A stretch of DNA of 63,400 nt, filler included, from Ministeria vibrans ATCC 50519 (GCA_943704425.1; 4 parts of 4 records of this genome joined end to end with filler, not necessarily neighbours in it); one strand, 5' to 3'. Shown: positions 1-14,500, counted from the first letter of the whole stretch. Numbers and translations are program-made. Notes: a model not told the origin generated them from the sequence alone.

Positions 1-415
1 CGTCGTCTCCTGTGCTGAGTGTGCTCTGGCAACGGAGTCGTTGCGCGAGCCACCTGTCGCTACCACCTGCAGCTGCAATGTTGACGCACCCGCCCACTGG
101 CTACTTCAAAGTCACATCGTGTGCTTGCCACTCGACGCACAACACACCCTACTTGAACACGTCACTGCCCTGCTACTCTCCGAGACAGCGATGCGACGCC
201 CTTGAGCGTGTCGATCGCAAGTCATGTTCTACCCGCTTTGTCCGAGGATGAGTGCGTACTGGTGGCCGTGCGAGGTTGTTCCCTCGTCGTCGCTTGATAC
301 TGACATGCAAATCAAGGATTCGCAAAAATATGTTAAAAAGTTTATCTGTTTTCTCTATCAGTTTCACACACACACAGTTTTTTTCTTTTATAGTAGTAAT
401 AATAATAATATTATT

Positions 416-1825
416 ATGTATTTACAATGTTGTGCTGCTTTTTCGTCTGTCTCAGCCGCTTCAAACTCGCACTGATGGCTGCAAAATAAGAACAAAAGCG
501 TAAAAAAAAACCGATTGAACTCTTCTGGCGTACATTGTGAAATCTCAGGATAGAGCGTCAGGCCTCGAGTGACTGTATAACAACCTACACACAAAGATAT
601 TATGAGATAAATATCTTTCTTTGTCTCTCTCCCTCTCAGCAAATATCAATGATTCTTATTCGAGTACCGTTTGAAGAGGAGACGGGCAAGGAGAAGAGAA
701 CACCAGCGGAAACGCCATAGGAGCCATCGGAGGGCACAGCCATGTAGTGGAAAGAGCGTTCAGGTCCCAGCCAGTAGTGCATATGGCGCACGGCAGCACA
801 CGCACACGCCATAACACCACTCCGCTTACGTTTACTTCTACTGTGTAAGTGTTGTGCACACCAATCCGGGCCAATGAGTGTGCGCGCGTCGGACGCACTT
901 GCAATGTGCGTGTCTGAGCCCACTACGCACGCATCACGTCCGTCACCCCACACCCCCACATGTGACACAGTCGACACGTCCACCCCACACACCCGTGCAA
1001 TCTCACTGCGCGCCCACTGGCTTCGCACTGCGCCAATGCTACATGTTACGTTGGTGCGTGCAATCCCTGGCGCACTCAGTGACGTCACCAACGCAAGCGT
1101 GTTGCTGTCCATGCGTGAATCATCTTGTTCATCCGTTGCAACCACACACACCTTGACGTTCTTCTTGGCGCTCTGGCTCAGCGCACGTCCGTAACATCGA
1201 TACTCCTCAATCGCAGACTGAAAAGCCACAATCAATCAATCTCTCTCTCCCTCTTACTTTTTGTGTTACTCGTACCTCTTTGGAATACTCGGCTGTGGGT
1301 TCGTCGAGTAAAAAAGCAACATCGGCATCCCTACAAAAAAGACGTACTATTCAAAAAGAACGTACTAATACCCAATCATAACAATTCCTCTGCTCGTACG
1401 TGAAAGCAAACTCTGCTCTGTCGGTGACCGTTACGGAGAGCAAATTGGGAAAAGCGCAGTCTTCCAATTCCATGCGTACACCATCAAGAGCCTCTTGACG
1501 CGACGGCGCCGCCAAAAGACGCAGATGGACATTGCAAGTGGCGATCAGATCTCCACGAGCAATCAGCCTAAACTATTGTCAAAAATGCGTCTTGTCGCTT
1601 CTCTCTCACGTCGTACGGCAGCATTGAGTACGCAATAGGACTGGTGGCTCCAGTGACTGCCACCACCACGGCGTCACCGGCGCTAAACGCCACTGGGTAT
1701 TGCTACAAAGGGGATCAATCCACACGCAACAAATATCAGAGACAACTCACCTTCGCCGTCAGGAACTTATTCACCAACGGTGGAGCCGTCACATGCTGGT
1801 GTATCCTCTCCACGCGATCAGCCAT
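416..1825 (-). CDS. Cytosolic-type (MDH1 clade) malate dehydrogenase-like protein, multi-exon, catalytically degenerate, PTS2-like N-terminus
   Basis: Spliced exons read VVVAVTGATSPIAYSMLP, LDGVRMELEDCAFP, DADVAFL, YGRALSQSAKKNVKVCVV, VGVWGDG and MAVPSDGSYGVSAGVLFSLPV, collinear with MDH1. 3' end approximate. Confidence 0.8.
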
Positions 1826-1998
1826 GATGCACAAAAAAACGTCAGAAAATGTGTTGAATTTCAAAATTTCAGTGTAAAGAAGAATCCTTTTCGACTTTGA
1901 CTGATCGCCAATAATTGCCAATAGACAAATCACTAACTTTGAAGAATTGCCCAACGCGTCTCTCACCCGCTGCGCACCGCCCCGTGGCCTTGCCTTCC

Positions 1999-4900
1999 AT
2001 GCCCTTCTGTGCGCTCTATCGGGCCAAGTCGATCGCTGAGCTCAATGCGCAGATTCTTCCCGAGTCCGCTCGCCAATTCCTTCGCGAGCGCGCACGCAAG
2101 CCCGCCGCGCAGGTGTCCGTGGCGGCGTCTGCTGAGAAACTCCATGATAGCGGTAAGTGGCTTGAGAGCGGCGCGACGACAAAATGTGTCGAAGTTGTGA
2201 TGTTTTTCAGTCGAACTTACGAGAGAGAGAGAGAGAGAGAGAGAAAAAAAAAAAGAGACGGGAATGTTTTGGGTTGAGAAAGAGTCTCTGATGGATGTGC
2301 TATTTCTGGGGGTTTGTAGGCGCGGCGCTGCGAGCCGAAGACCACGAGATGGCGTACATCTTCTACCGGCGGGCGGTGGAGACGTTTGACGAGCTGAGGC
2401 AGGCTGGGTCGCCTCTGCCCACCAGTGGAGCGTACTTTCGGGTGTTCCAGCAGGCCATTGACAAGTCATGCAAACTCAAGGAAATCCTCAAGACGCGCTA
2501 TGCCGAGGCGGCCGCGCACGAAGAAGGAGAAGCTGCTGCTGCTGCTGCTGCTGCTGTCAAGGCTGGCGCAGAAGAGGAAGAAGCGGCTGCAGCAGCCGAA
2601 ACCGCACCGGACACGGAACACACTCCAACTCCCCTGTCTGCTGACGAGCTTCTCATCGACGCTCTTGACTCCGTCTTTCCCTCCACCACTACTATTACTA
2701 CACCGTCAACGCCCGCGCACTCAAACACGCCCACCTCGATCGACGCACACGCTCTTTTTGAAGCACTCAACCGCACTAGTCACAACAAGGTGCTCATCCT
2801 CGACGTGCGCTCCTCGCCGCTGTACTGTCGCGGGCGCGTCAAGTGCCGTCGCTCCCTTAATATTCCTCCAGCAATGCTCCAGGCGGGCGCAACCACAGCC
2901 GATTGCGAAGCGGCCCTTGTCACGCAAAAGGCCATGGACCTGTTCCACTCACGCGACCAAATGGACCTCATTGTGATTGTGGACGAACCCAGCAGCACCA
3001 GCGACGCGCTGCTGCTCACCCAGCCCTCGTCGCCCGTCACCGTCCTTCACGATGCTCTCTTCAAGTGGTGTGCCTCGTGTCCCCTCGCACAGCCCCCACG
3101 CGTGCTCACCGGTGGCTATCACGAGTGGTCCCGTCTTTACCCGTCCTTTTGTGTCGCGCGCACCACAAAGGAACTGCCCGACGAGACCGAACTGGCCGCG
3201 TCGGCAGCACTCGATACGGCGAGCTATCCCGCAAGCAACACATTGCTCAACGAGGACGACTCCACCCCAGCTCATACGCAACCCGATGAGAGAAAACCGA
3301 CTGAGTCTGCGCCAGCGTCGTCGTCTGCGCTCAAGAGTGGTTTGCGACGCAAAAAGAGTGTCTCGTGGGGTCCCGATCGGGATTTAGTGGAGGAAGTGGA
3401 GCAAAAGAGACGCAAAGAAGAAGAAGAGAGAGCTGAGGCAGAACGACGTCTGTTAATGGAACAGGAGCAACAGCAACACTATGAAGAGGAGGAGATACGC
3501 AAAGAGGTTGATGTACCAGAGTCGCATGGCACAGAGGACAGGGCCAGTTCTATTGATATAGTCGCCGCAGCCTCAGCAGAGCCGCCTGCTCTCCCTTCCG
3601 CTCCCAAACCCCTCATGTCGGCTCACTCGATGCCTTCATCCTCTGCTCAAACTGTGCCCACCTCCCCCGTTCCTTCCATCAATCGCAATGCAAAGCCAAT
3701 CCCATCATCATCAACTGCGCCCGTCTCCTCCCCTCCCCCCACACGTCCGCCTCCCTCACAGCCCCCCACCACCACACTCACTCCCGCATCACCACCCCCA
3801 GTCAATCGCACCGTCAAACCTGCACTTCAACCCTCGCGCCCGCCACCAGCAACGCAACCCTCGCGACCCGCTCACCCTCCTCCACCTCCGCAGCAACCCA
3901 AACCAACTACCATCACAGACCCTACAATAGCAACGACGGCAACCGTTGCCCCCTCTATGCTCGCCCTGGCGCCTAGCTCTATGGGCGACACTCTGCGTGG
4001 CATCACAGGTTTGCGCAATCTGGGCAACAGCTGTTTTATGAGTGCCATTGTACAGTGTCTCTCTGCGACCCTTCCCTTTACCCTTTACTTTGTCAAGGGT
4101 CACTCTGTGCGTGATCTCTCAGAGCACAACCGCGACCGGAAACGCAGCGGTCGTCTTGCAATGGCCTTTGGCGATCTGCTACGTCTCCTGTGGAGCGGCC
4201 AATACGACGTGGTCACGCCCATTGAGCTGAAAAATGTCCTTGCGCGCTACTGGCCTCAATTTGCCGGGTATCAACAGCAAGACTCGCAGGAGTTTATGGG
4301 GTTCCTGCTCGACTCACTCAATGACGAACTCAACATTGCAACTGCCCCACCTCCGACTGTACCCAGTGACAACGACGATGACGTGCACGCGCCCCGTCTG
4401 CCACCAGAAAAGGAAGCCGAGCTCGCCTGGGCGGCACATCGTGCCCGCGAAGAATCCATCATTGTCGACTGCTTTCAAGGACAGTATTGCTCAACGCTGC
4501 AGTGTCTCACGTGCAACCACAAGAGCACCACTTTTTCTCCATACACCTTCCTTACTCTCCCTTTGCCCCCTCACCGCCAGTCCACGACTGTCTCCCTTGA
4601 TGACTGCATCCGTGCCTACACCCAACGCGAGACCATTGACGACTGGCGCTGTCCCCGCTGCAAAGTGCCCCGCTCCGCCACAAAACTTCTTCAAATCTGG
4701 TCTACTCCTCCCGTCCTTCTCATTTCTCTTAAGCGCTTCTTTCACACTGCCACTCACATGGACAAAATCGAAACACTCGTTAATTTTCCCATATCGTACA
4801 CTAAGCATAATCAAAAATTAAGATTGTGAGTTTTCATTCTGACTTTGCATCTCTTCTCTTCTTTGGTGTATGTCTCACAGTGATTTCCATGTGGAAAATC

Positions 4901-5023
4901 ATGCCATTGGCCCGCGACGCAAGACGCCCTATCAGTTGTTTGGGGTTACAAATCACTATGGAACTGCCGAAGGAGGTCACTGTAAGAGAAAAAACACATT
5001 CAATACTAATAATAGTAACAATA

Positions 5024-5055
<32 letters not shown>

Positions 5056-5056
5056 A

Positions 5057-5137
<81 letters not shown>

Positions 5138-5490
5138 TATTATATTATTTTATTATTATTATTATTTTAACACGAATCGGAATTTTGGGCCTATTTTTGT
5201 AGATACCGCTTTCACATTTAATGTATATGCGAATCGGTGGTACCTTTATGACGACCATTGTGTTACTCCAATGAGCGATAGAAAAATTCAAGTCAGTTGC
5301 AACAGAAATTCACTCGCTCTCTCGCTTATTGACTTCTCTCTCTCTAACACTTTGTTCTTTCTCCCTCCCTCCCTCCCTCCTCTCTCTCTTGCTCTGTCTC
5401 TTTCTCTCTTATTATTAGACAAATGCTGCTTATGTGCTGTGCTATCACTGTGTTGACTTTCAAAAATACGGCCGCTTAATGTTCCAATAG
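1999..5490 (+). CDS. USP8: Ubiquitin carboxyl-terminal hydrolase USP8/Doa4-like (N-terminal dimerisation/MIT, rhodanese, Pro-rich linker, USP domain)
   Basis: Rhodanese ILDVRS...VLTGGYHEW; Cys box GLRNLGNSCFMSAIVQCL; QQDSQEF; His box VTNHYGTAEGGHYTA spliced across an intron; last exon TNAAYVLCY. Confidence 0.88.
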
Positions 5491-5553
5491 TCTCATTTCC
5501 ATTGTATTATAAACGAAAAAATCCCTCTCCCTCTCAAAAATAATACAATTTAT

Positions 5554-5586
<33 letters not shown>

Positions 5587-5598
5587 TTGTAACATGAG

Positions 5599-8500
5599 TT
5601 AGACTTCACTCATTCCCTGAGCATTGGTGTAGAACACAGGATTGTCCTCCATGGCACGCGCACCGGCACTGCCATTGTTGTAACCGGCCATAGTCTCGTT
5701 CTGCCAGGCCCCGCCCCACCCGAGCCGCACAGGCGGTGTGCTCAGGGCGGACATGGGCCGTATGGTGCCGCCTGCACCGTTGATGGACGACCCCATGGTG
5801 TCCCACCCGTTAAGGTCGCGTGTCATGCCACCCATGGTGAGCGACGCGTCCGTTGCCGGATCGACACGGTACTTCTTTCGCGTGTACCGCACGTAGTAAA
5901 CGATGCCAACGACAATAATAATGAGCAGCACAATAAAGAAGATGATCAGAGGCCAGATCACGTTGTTTGACGAGGTCTGGCCCGACGAACCGGCCGTCAG
6001 GCTCTGGCAGGTGGGACCCGTAAAGCCAGCAGCACAGGTGCACAGGAAGGACCCTGTGCTCAGACTGGTACACGTGCCGCCATTGCCACAGCTCACCGAC
6101 TGGCAGCGATCTAGGTCTACCTCGCAGTTGATGCCTGTGTACCGTGCAGGACAGGTGCACACATAGCCCGACGACTGAGTGAGGGTGCACGTGGCGCCAT
6201 TGCGACACGGCAAACTCGTACACGCAGTCGATGCAACGGTGCAGTCGGCTCCGCCAAAGCCACTTGCGCATGCACACGTGTAGCCGTTCAGGGCGTCCGT
6301 GCATGTTCCGCCATTGGCACACGGCGACGACGCACATTCGTCAATGGTGCTCTGGCAGCGGGTGCCGGTGAGGCCAACGGGGCAAGTGCAGAAGAAGGAA
6401 CCGGCCGTGTTGGTGCAAGTGCCTCCGTTGACGCAAACGCCCGCTGTGCCACACTCGTCAATGTCCATGGTGCACTGGGGTCCGGTGAAGCCCAACGCGC
6501 AGGTGCACACATATAAATTGGCCAGCGCAGTGCAGGTACCGCCATTGGCACAAGGCGCAGAGGCACACTCGTCGATATCATTCTCGCAGAGGAGACCGTT
6601 GAAGCCGCCTTGGCACACGCAAGTGAATCCGTTGACAGCGTCGACACACGTCGCCCCATTGGTGCATGGCGACGAGGCACACTCAAGCGTGTTCACCGCA
6701 CACGTGTTCCCTTCAAAACCCGCCCCACACGTACATGTGAAAGTGCCGGGCGAAGGAACATTGCACGCGAGAGAATTGGCCGCAACACAGGGACTCGACA
6801 GGCATGGGTTATCGAGAAACTCACAGCGATTACCAACAAACCCTTGCGCACACACACATGCAAATCCATCGACACCATCGACACACGTGCCCATGTTCTC
6901 ACACGGCTGCGACGCACACTCGTCCACATCCACAGCACACGTGGCTCCCGTGTATCCCGCCGCACACGCACATGTGAATGTGCCCGAGCCCGCTTCGGTA
7001 CAGGCGCTTCCCGCCGCGACACACGGCGACGACGCGCACGCCAACACGGTCGACTCACATTGAGTGCCGGTTGCGCCCGCCGCGCACGCACATGTGTAGT
7101 CGCCGAGCACACTTGTACACGAGCTTCCAATACCAACACAGGGTGAACTTGCACACGCGTCCACTTCCGACGAACAAAGTTCCCCTGTGGTGCCCTTGGC
7201 ACACACACAGGCAAAAGAGGCTGTCTGATCGACGCAGGTGGCGCCCGAGGCGCACGGTGACGACGCACACTCGTCCACTGCCTGTGCACAGTTGCTGCCA
7301 GTAAATCCTGCCGCACAAATACAGGTGAAGCCACTCTGTACGTCCACACAGGTCGCGCCCACAGCACACGGATTGGAAGCACACTCGTCGACACATAGCC
7401 TACCCACAACTCCTTGTGCGCAAAGGCACGAGAACGACGCCACACCGTCGACACAAGTGCTCGCATCCGCACAAGGGTTGGACGCGCACTCATCAATGTC
7501 AGTGGAGCATGTCGACCCTGTATACCCTGCGTCGCAGCGACACACAAATCCACCGAGCGTGTCGATGCACTGCGCATGCGCCAGGTCGCATGGGCTGCTC
7601 TCGCACAAGTTGGTTGCTGTCTCGCACTGGTTGCCAAACCATCCGGACGCACAATTGCATCCAAACAGGCCCACATTGTTGACACACGTACCGTTGTTCT
7701 GGCATGGAGACGACTCGCACTCGTCAATGTCCACTGCGCAGGTGACTCCCGTAAAGCCCACTTGACACGCGCACTCAAACGAGCCCACCGCAACACTCAC
7801 ATTGCCGCCGGTCGAGCACACGCCGCCATTGGCACACGGTGATGAGGCACACTCGTCAATGTCCAGGTCGCAGTTGGCGCCGGTGTATCCCACGGCGCAC
7901 GAGCACGCGTACGATCCAGGCACAGGCTGTGCACAGGTGCCGCCATTAGCACAAGGCATGCTCGCACACTCATCGATATCCACATCACAGAGCACACCAG
8001 TGAAACCACTGGCACACACACATGCAAACGCATCCACTGCATCCGAGCACACCGCGCCATTGTGGCATGGCGACGATTCACACTCGTCGACATTGTCCGC
8101 ACACATCACACCGTTGAAGCCAGAGGCACACATGCAGATGAATGCGTTCACTTCGTCCACACAGGTGGCGCCATTCAAGCACGGCACGCTCGCACACTCG
8201 TCCATGTCCACGGCGCAGGTTGTGCCGGTGAAACCTTCAGCGCATGTACAGGCAAACACTCCCGCCTGGACAGTGGAGCACGTTGCACCATTGCCACAGG
8301 GTGACGAGAGACACTCGTTAAGCTCCTGGTCACAGGTTGCACCGGTGAATCCGCCGACGCAGGCACACACAAAGGAATTTGCCTGCGGCTGCGAACAGAC
8401 TGCGCCATTGTGGCATGGACTGCTTGCACACTCGTCGACATCATCGCGACATAACAGACCGGTGTAGCCGGAGTCACAGTTGCATTGGAAGCCACCGTCA

Positions 8501-11500
8501 CCACTGGCTGAGACAGTGCAGGTGCCGTGGGCGCCACAAAGCGGCGTAGACGAAACGAGTGACGAGCACACATCGACAAACTCGGAACGCGTCAGCAGCA
8601 CGTCGGCGAGACGACCCGCAAAGCCAAAGCTGTCGTGAGGACGACGGGCGACAGTGAGCGGCTCGCCTGCCGAGCCCTCGTCCAGTCCAAAGGGCAGCTG
8701 TGCGTCGCCGATGAGAGCACCGTCGTAAAAGACGGTGACACGCTGGAAGGAGTAGCGCACGTGAATAAAGTGCCATCGGCCATCATCGAGTTGAGCATTT
8801 GCTGTCGCATTTACGCTGCTCAGTGCAAAGATGTGACGTGTCACAGTGGTGCCTTGTGGACGCAAGTAGACAAACCACACCGAGTCGGAGGCGGCGTCCA
8901 GGAACACGCCAAAGTACTGACGGAAAGAACCGATGCTGTCGCCCTTGATGAGAAGCCAGCCAATGTTGCTGGTGGACTGCAAAACCCAGCCACTGATAAG
9001 GAAGCCCGCCATGGGTAGCGTGGGCTCTTGTCCGGCGGGCACCGAAAAGATATCTGCGCCGTCCATGCGCACTGCGTTGTCGGTGGTACCGTCGGGGCCC
9101 ACCAGACCAAACTGGGGAGTCGTGCCCAGCGTCTCGTTGACCAGAAGGGGTCGTACACTGTCAATGATGAGTGTCTCGCAGCGTGTGCCGGTGTGTGAGG
9201 TAGGACACAGGCAGGCAAAGGCGTCGGCAAAATCGACGCACGTTGCGCTGTTGGTGCATGGCTGAGAGGCACACTCGTCAACGTTCGTCTCGCACTGTGC
9301 ACCGGTAAAGCCGGCGGGGCACGCACATGCAAACACCCCGATGGTTGGTTCTGTGCACACCCCACTGTTGGCACAGGGCTCGCTGCTACACTCGCCCACA
9401 AGAGACTCGCACTGTGTGCCGGTGTAGCCCGCGACGCAGAGACACTCGTACCCGTTTGCAACGCCCTGCACACAGGTGGCGCCATTGACACAGGGCATTG
9501 ATAAGCACTCGTTGACGTCCACGTCGCACGCGACGCCCATCTTGCCCGCCACACACACGCACACGTACGAATCAATGCCATCCGTGCAGGTGCCGAACAC
9601 CCCGTGGCAAGGTTGCGATGCGCACTCGTCAATATTCGTCTCGCACTGCACACCGGTGTAGCCCAGAGCACAGTTGCACACGTAGCCAGCTAACATGTCG
9701 GTGCATGCACCGTTGGGACCGCACGGTGACGACGTACACTCGTTGATGGCCGTCTCGCACTGCACACCCGTGAAACCTGCGACACACTGACAGGAAAAAG
9801 CATTGAAGTTGTTGGCACACGACGCACTGTTAAGACAGGGCGACGAGGCACACTCGTCAATGTCAAGGTGGCACTGAATGCCCGTGAGACCCGCCGGGCA
9901 GTTGCACACAAACGAGCCCGGCGCCGACTGAGAGCACCCCGCGTTGTTGGCACACGGAGACGACGCACACTCGTCAATGTCCATCTGGCAGTGGACACCA
10001 GTGAATCCCGTGGCGCACGAGCAGGCGTAGCCGTTGACGTGATCAACGCACGTTGCACCGTTGTGGCATGGACTGGAGACACACTCATACACATTACTGG
10101 TGCAAGTGGCACCGGTAAAACCAAGGGAACAGACGCATGTAAAGCCGTTGATGATGTCGACGCAGGTTGCACCATTGTGGCACGGGTTGGAGGCGCACTC
10201 GTTAACATTGGTGGAACACGTCGGACCAGTGTAACCCGATGCACAGGTGCACGCAAAGGCAGCATTCAGATTGACACACGTGGCGCTATTCATGCACGGC
10301 GTCGACGCACACTCGTCAATGTCCATCGAGCAAAAGATGCCGGTGAAACCTGGTGCACACTGGCATGTGTAGCCGTTGGCTGCGTCGTGACAGGTGGCAC
10401 CAGAGGCACATGGGTTTGAGGCGCACTCGTCAATGTTCACTTGGCAATGGGAACCGGTGAAACCCGCAAGGCACGAGCACACATACGAGTCGGGCACCAC
10501 AACGGTGTCCTGCAGCAGCATTGACGGACCAAAGCGGCCAAAAATTGTCTGCGCTGCATCGGTGCAGTTGGGGAACTCCAGAGTGGACGTGTCGGTGCAT
10601 CGCAGGCGTGCAGTGAGCGTCAAATCTGTGGCTGTCTGTCCCGAGGTGGCTGAGGAGACGTACGCATCTAGACTGGACGCCATGTAGTGCGTGAGAATGG
10701 TATATGACTGGCCAGCCGTCAGCACGACAGTGTTGCTCGCGTCAAGGGCCACATAGACAAAGTCGCTAGCGTCGCGCACGGTACCATTGCCTGGAAACAC
10801 TGTGGCACTGGCAAGCAGCAGCTGGTCGCTTTCGCGCCAGATGCCGACTGAGTGTGCCTCGCGCAGACCCATACCACTCGCGTCAAGAACACCCAAGTGA
10901 GACACAAGTGTGTTGCTGTTGACGGTGAAGCGCCAGCCAAGATTCTGCGGGCTGTTGGTGACCGTGTTGATGCCCTCAAGTGAGACAAGGCTGACGGCGG
11001 ATCGATGAGCCAGCTGATTCTCAATGCATGCACCGCCATTCTGACACGGATTCGACTGACACTCGTCAATGTCGGTGGCACAGTGTGCATCGGTATAGCC
11101 AGCGGCGCAGACACACGTAAAGACACCAAGACTGGGAGTGGTGCAAGTGGCGCCATTGCGGCATGGCAACGAGGCACACTCGTCAATGTCCTGCGCGCAG
11201 AGTGCTCCTGTCACACCTGCTGGACACACGCAGTTGAAGCCACCGACGACGTCAACGCAGGTCGATGCACTTGCGCACGGATTGGACGCACACTCGTTCA
11301 CATTGGTTTCGCAGCGAGCGCCAAAGAATCCCGCGACACAGTCGCACGAAAAGGCATCGATGAGGTCGGTGCACGATCCGCCATTGACACACGGCGACGA
11401 GGCACACTCGTTGATTTCCGACTCACACTGGGCACCGGTGTAGCCTGGGGAACAGGTGCACGAGGCGCTGGTGAGCGAATAAAGCACGGTCAAGGTTGCG

Positions 11501-14500
11501 TTGAGAGAGGTGTCAGGGCAGCGGACGTCAACACCCACGGCGAGAGCGTCAAGCACAATCGCAGTGCCATTGTACAGTTGCTGCACCGTACTGGCACTGA
11601 TGGAGACCTGTTCGGAGCGAGATGCACAGAATCCCGCGCTGAGTGCCGTAAAGAAGTAATGGAGAGTGACACCGGTGTGTGTGCTCACTGCTACGTGTTC
11701 GTTAGCGTCGTTGACGTCCGAGGCGGTTGCCATGGTAATCGAAGCAAAGGTGACGGCATGAAAGTCGAGTTGCGGCACTGGAATGACCAGGGAGAATGTA
11801 GAAGTGCTGTAGATGTCGGCAATGGAGACGCTCGTGGATGCCGAGACGGTGTTGGCACAGCTCGCACCGTTTGCACACGGACTTGAGGCGCACGAGTCGA
11901 TGGGAGTGTCGCAGTCGGAGCCAGTGAAGGTGCTAGTACAAATGCAGACGTACGAAGCAAGTTCATTGGAGCAGCTGGCGCCGTTAAGACATGGCTGTGA
12001 GGCGCACTCGTCAATGTCTAACGCGCAAGTGCTACCAGTGAAGCCTGCGGCACAGAGACAGGCAAAGGCGTTCACCTGGTCAATACAAGTGGCGCCGTTC
12101 TGACACGGGCTTGAAGCACACTCGTTGATGTTTGTCTGACAGTGTGTGCCGGAGAAGCCGGCGAGACACACGCAGGTGTAGCCGTCGATGGAGTCGGTGC
12201 ATGAAGCGCCATTGAGACAGGGAGTCGAGGCACACTCGTTGATGTTTGTCTGGCAGAGGGAGTTGGTGAAACCGGCAGGACATGTGCAGGTGAACGCATT
12301 GCTCAAGTCGGTGCAAGTGGCGCCATTGTGGCACGGATTGGAGGCACACTCGTCAATGTTGATGGTACAGTGAGTGCCGGCAAATCCGAGTGCACAAGTG
12401 CATCTGTACGAGTTGATGCCGTCGTCGCAAGCGGCACCATTCTGGCACGGTTGCGAGGCACACTCGTTGATGTTGATGGAGCACAGGGTCCCAGAAAACC
12501 CCACAGCACAGGTGCACGTGAAGCCGTCAATGGCGTCGTTGCAGGTTGCGCCGTTTCGGCACGGCTGTGATGCACACTCGTGAATGTCGGTGGCGCAGTT
12601 GTTACCGGTGTATCCGGCGACACAGACGCATGTGTAGCCGGCAACGGTGTCTTCACATGTGGCACCGTTGAGACAGGGTTGCGAGGCACACTCGTCAACG
12701 TTAAAGACACATTGAGTGCCAACGAAGCCAGTGGAACACACACAGGAGAAGGCGTTAATGTGGTCGGTGCAGGTGGCGCTATTCTGGCACGGCTGTGAGG
12801 CACACTCGTCGATGTTGGTCTGGCACAGCGTACCGGTGTAGCCGGCAAGACACGAGCACACGTAGCTGCGCACACCGTCGAGGCAAGTAGCGCCGTTGTG
12901 ACAGGGTTGTGACGCACACTCGTCAATGTTGTTGTGGCACGACTGACCGGTGAACCCCTCAGCACAGATGCACACCCACGCATTGATACTCTGCAGGCAG
13001 GTGGCTCCTGCGGCGCAGGGCGAACTAGCACACTCGTCAATCTCAGACTCGCACAGCGCACCAGTGAATCCGGCGGAGCACGTACAGGCAAAAGAGATCT
13101 CGTCGGGCGTGGTGCAGGAGCCATGTACACACGGCGAACTCGCACACTGGTCAACGTCCGACTCGCACTGAACGCCAGTCCATCCGGCGGCACACGCACA
13201 CGCAAAACTGCTGACAAAATCTGAACACGAGCCACCATTGGCACAGGGTGCGGAGGCACACTCGTCCACGTTTGTCTGACACTGTGTGCCGGTAAATCCG
13301 GCAATGCACTGGCACGTGTACGAATCGAGACCGTCGAGACAGGTCGCTGCGTTGACACACGGGTTGGAGGCGCACTCATTGATGTTGGTTGCGCAGTGAA
13401 TGCCTGTGAAGCCAGGGTGACAGGAGCACGCGAAGGAACCCATCTGATTGGTGCAGGCGGCTGCATTGGCGCACGGACTCGAGTCGCACTCGTCGATGTC
13501 AGTAGCGCAGAGGGTTCCGGTGAAGCCCTGCGAGCACTGGCAGCTGAAGCCGTTTACCGAGTCGAGGCAGGTTGCACCGTTGTGACAGGGCAGCGAAGCG
13601 CACTCGAAGATGTCACTCTGGCATTGTGGACCGGTGAAGCCATCGGGACACTGGCAGACGTACGCGCCCGAGAGGTCGATGCAGACACCACCGTTGAGAC
13701 AGGGCGCGGAGAGGCACTCGTCGACATTCGTCTGACACATGGTGCCTGTGAATCCGGCAGCACAAGTGCACACCCACAGATTGATAGTGTGCAGACAGGT
13801 GGCTCCATTCTGACAGGGGCTCGAGAGACACTCGTTCACGTCTGATGCGCATTGCGCTCCAGCACGCCCAGCAACGCACTCGCACGTGTATCCGTTGATG
13901 GCGTCAGTACAGGTACCCGCGTGCAAGCACGGACTGGAGGCACACTCGTCAATGTTGGTCTGGCAGTGGGTGTCGGTGAAACCGGCGGCACAGGTGCAGA
14001 TGTAGCCATCGACTTGGTCGTTGCACGTAGCCAACTGTTGGCAAGGGCTCGACGCGCACTCGTTGATGTTGGTCTGACAATGCGAGTCGGTAAATCCGGA
14101 CACACAAGTGCAAGTATAGCCATCAATAAGATCGTTACAGGTCGCCGAGTTGTGGCATGGACTTGAGGCACACTCGTTGATGTTTGTTTGGCAAAGAACG
14201 TTAGTGAATCCGGGAGCACAAATGCAAGTGTACCCGTTGACGCCATCGGTGCAGGTGGCACTGTTTTGACAGGGGTTTGATGCGCATTCGTTGACGTTCG
14301 TTTCGCAATGGGCGCCTGTGAAACCAGGAGAACAAGTGCAAGTGTACGCGTTCTGTGCGTCGTTGCAGGTGGCGCCGTTGCGGCATGGATTGGACGCGCA
14401 TTCGTTGACCTGTCCGTCACAACGGGCGCCCGTCACTCCCGCAGGACAGACGCACTGCCACAAGTTGGTCGTGTGCACGCATGTGGCACCCGATTCACAC

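Noticed and set aside
1-330. Possible 3' end of a gene at the window start
   Set aside because: Coding-like composition but no recognisable motif or confident frame.
5005-5170. (TAT)n tracts (also 24490-24670, 44065-44150) and (GT)n/(GA)n tracts as coding homopolymers
   Set aside because: Intronic microsatellites.
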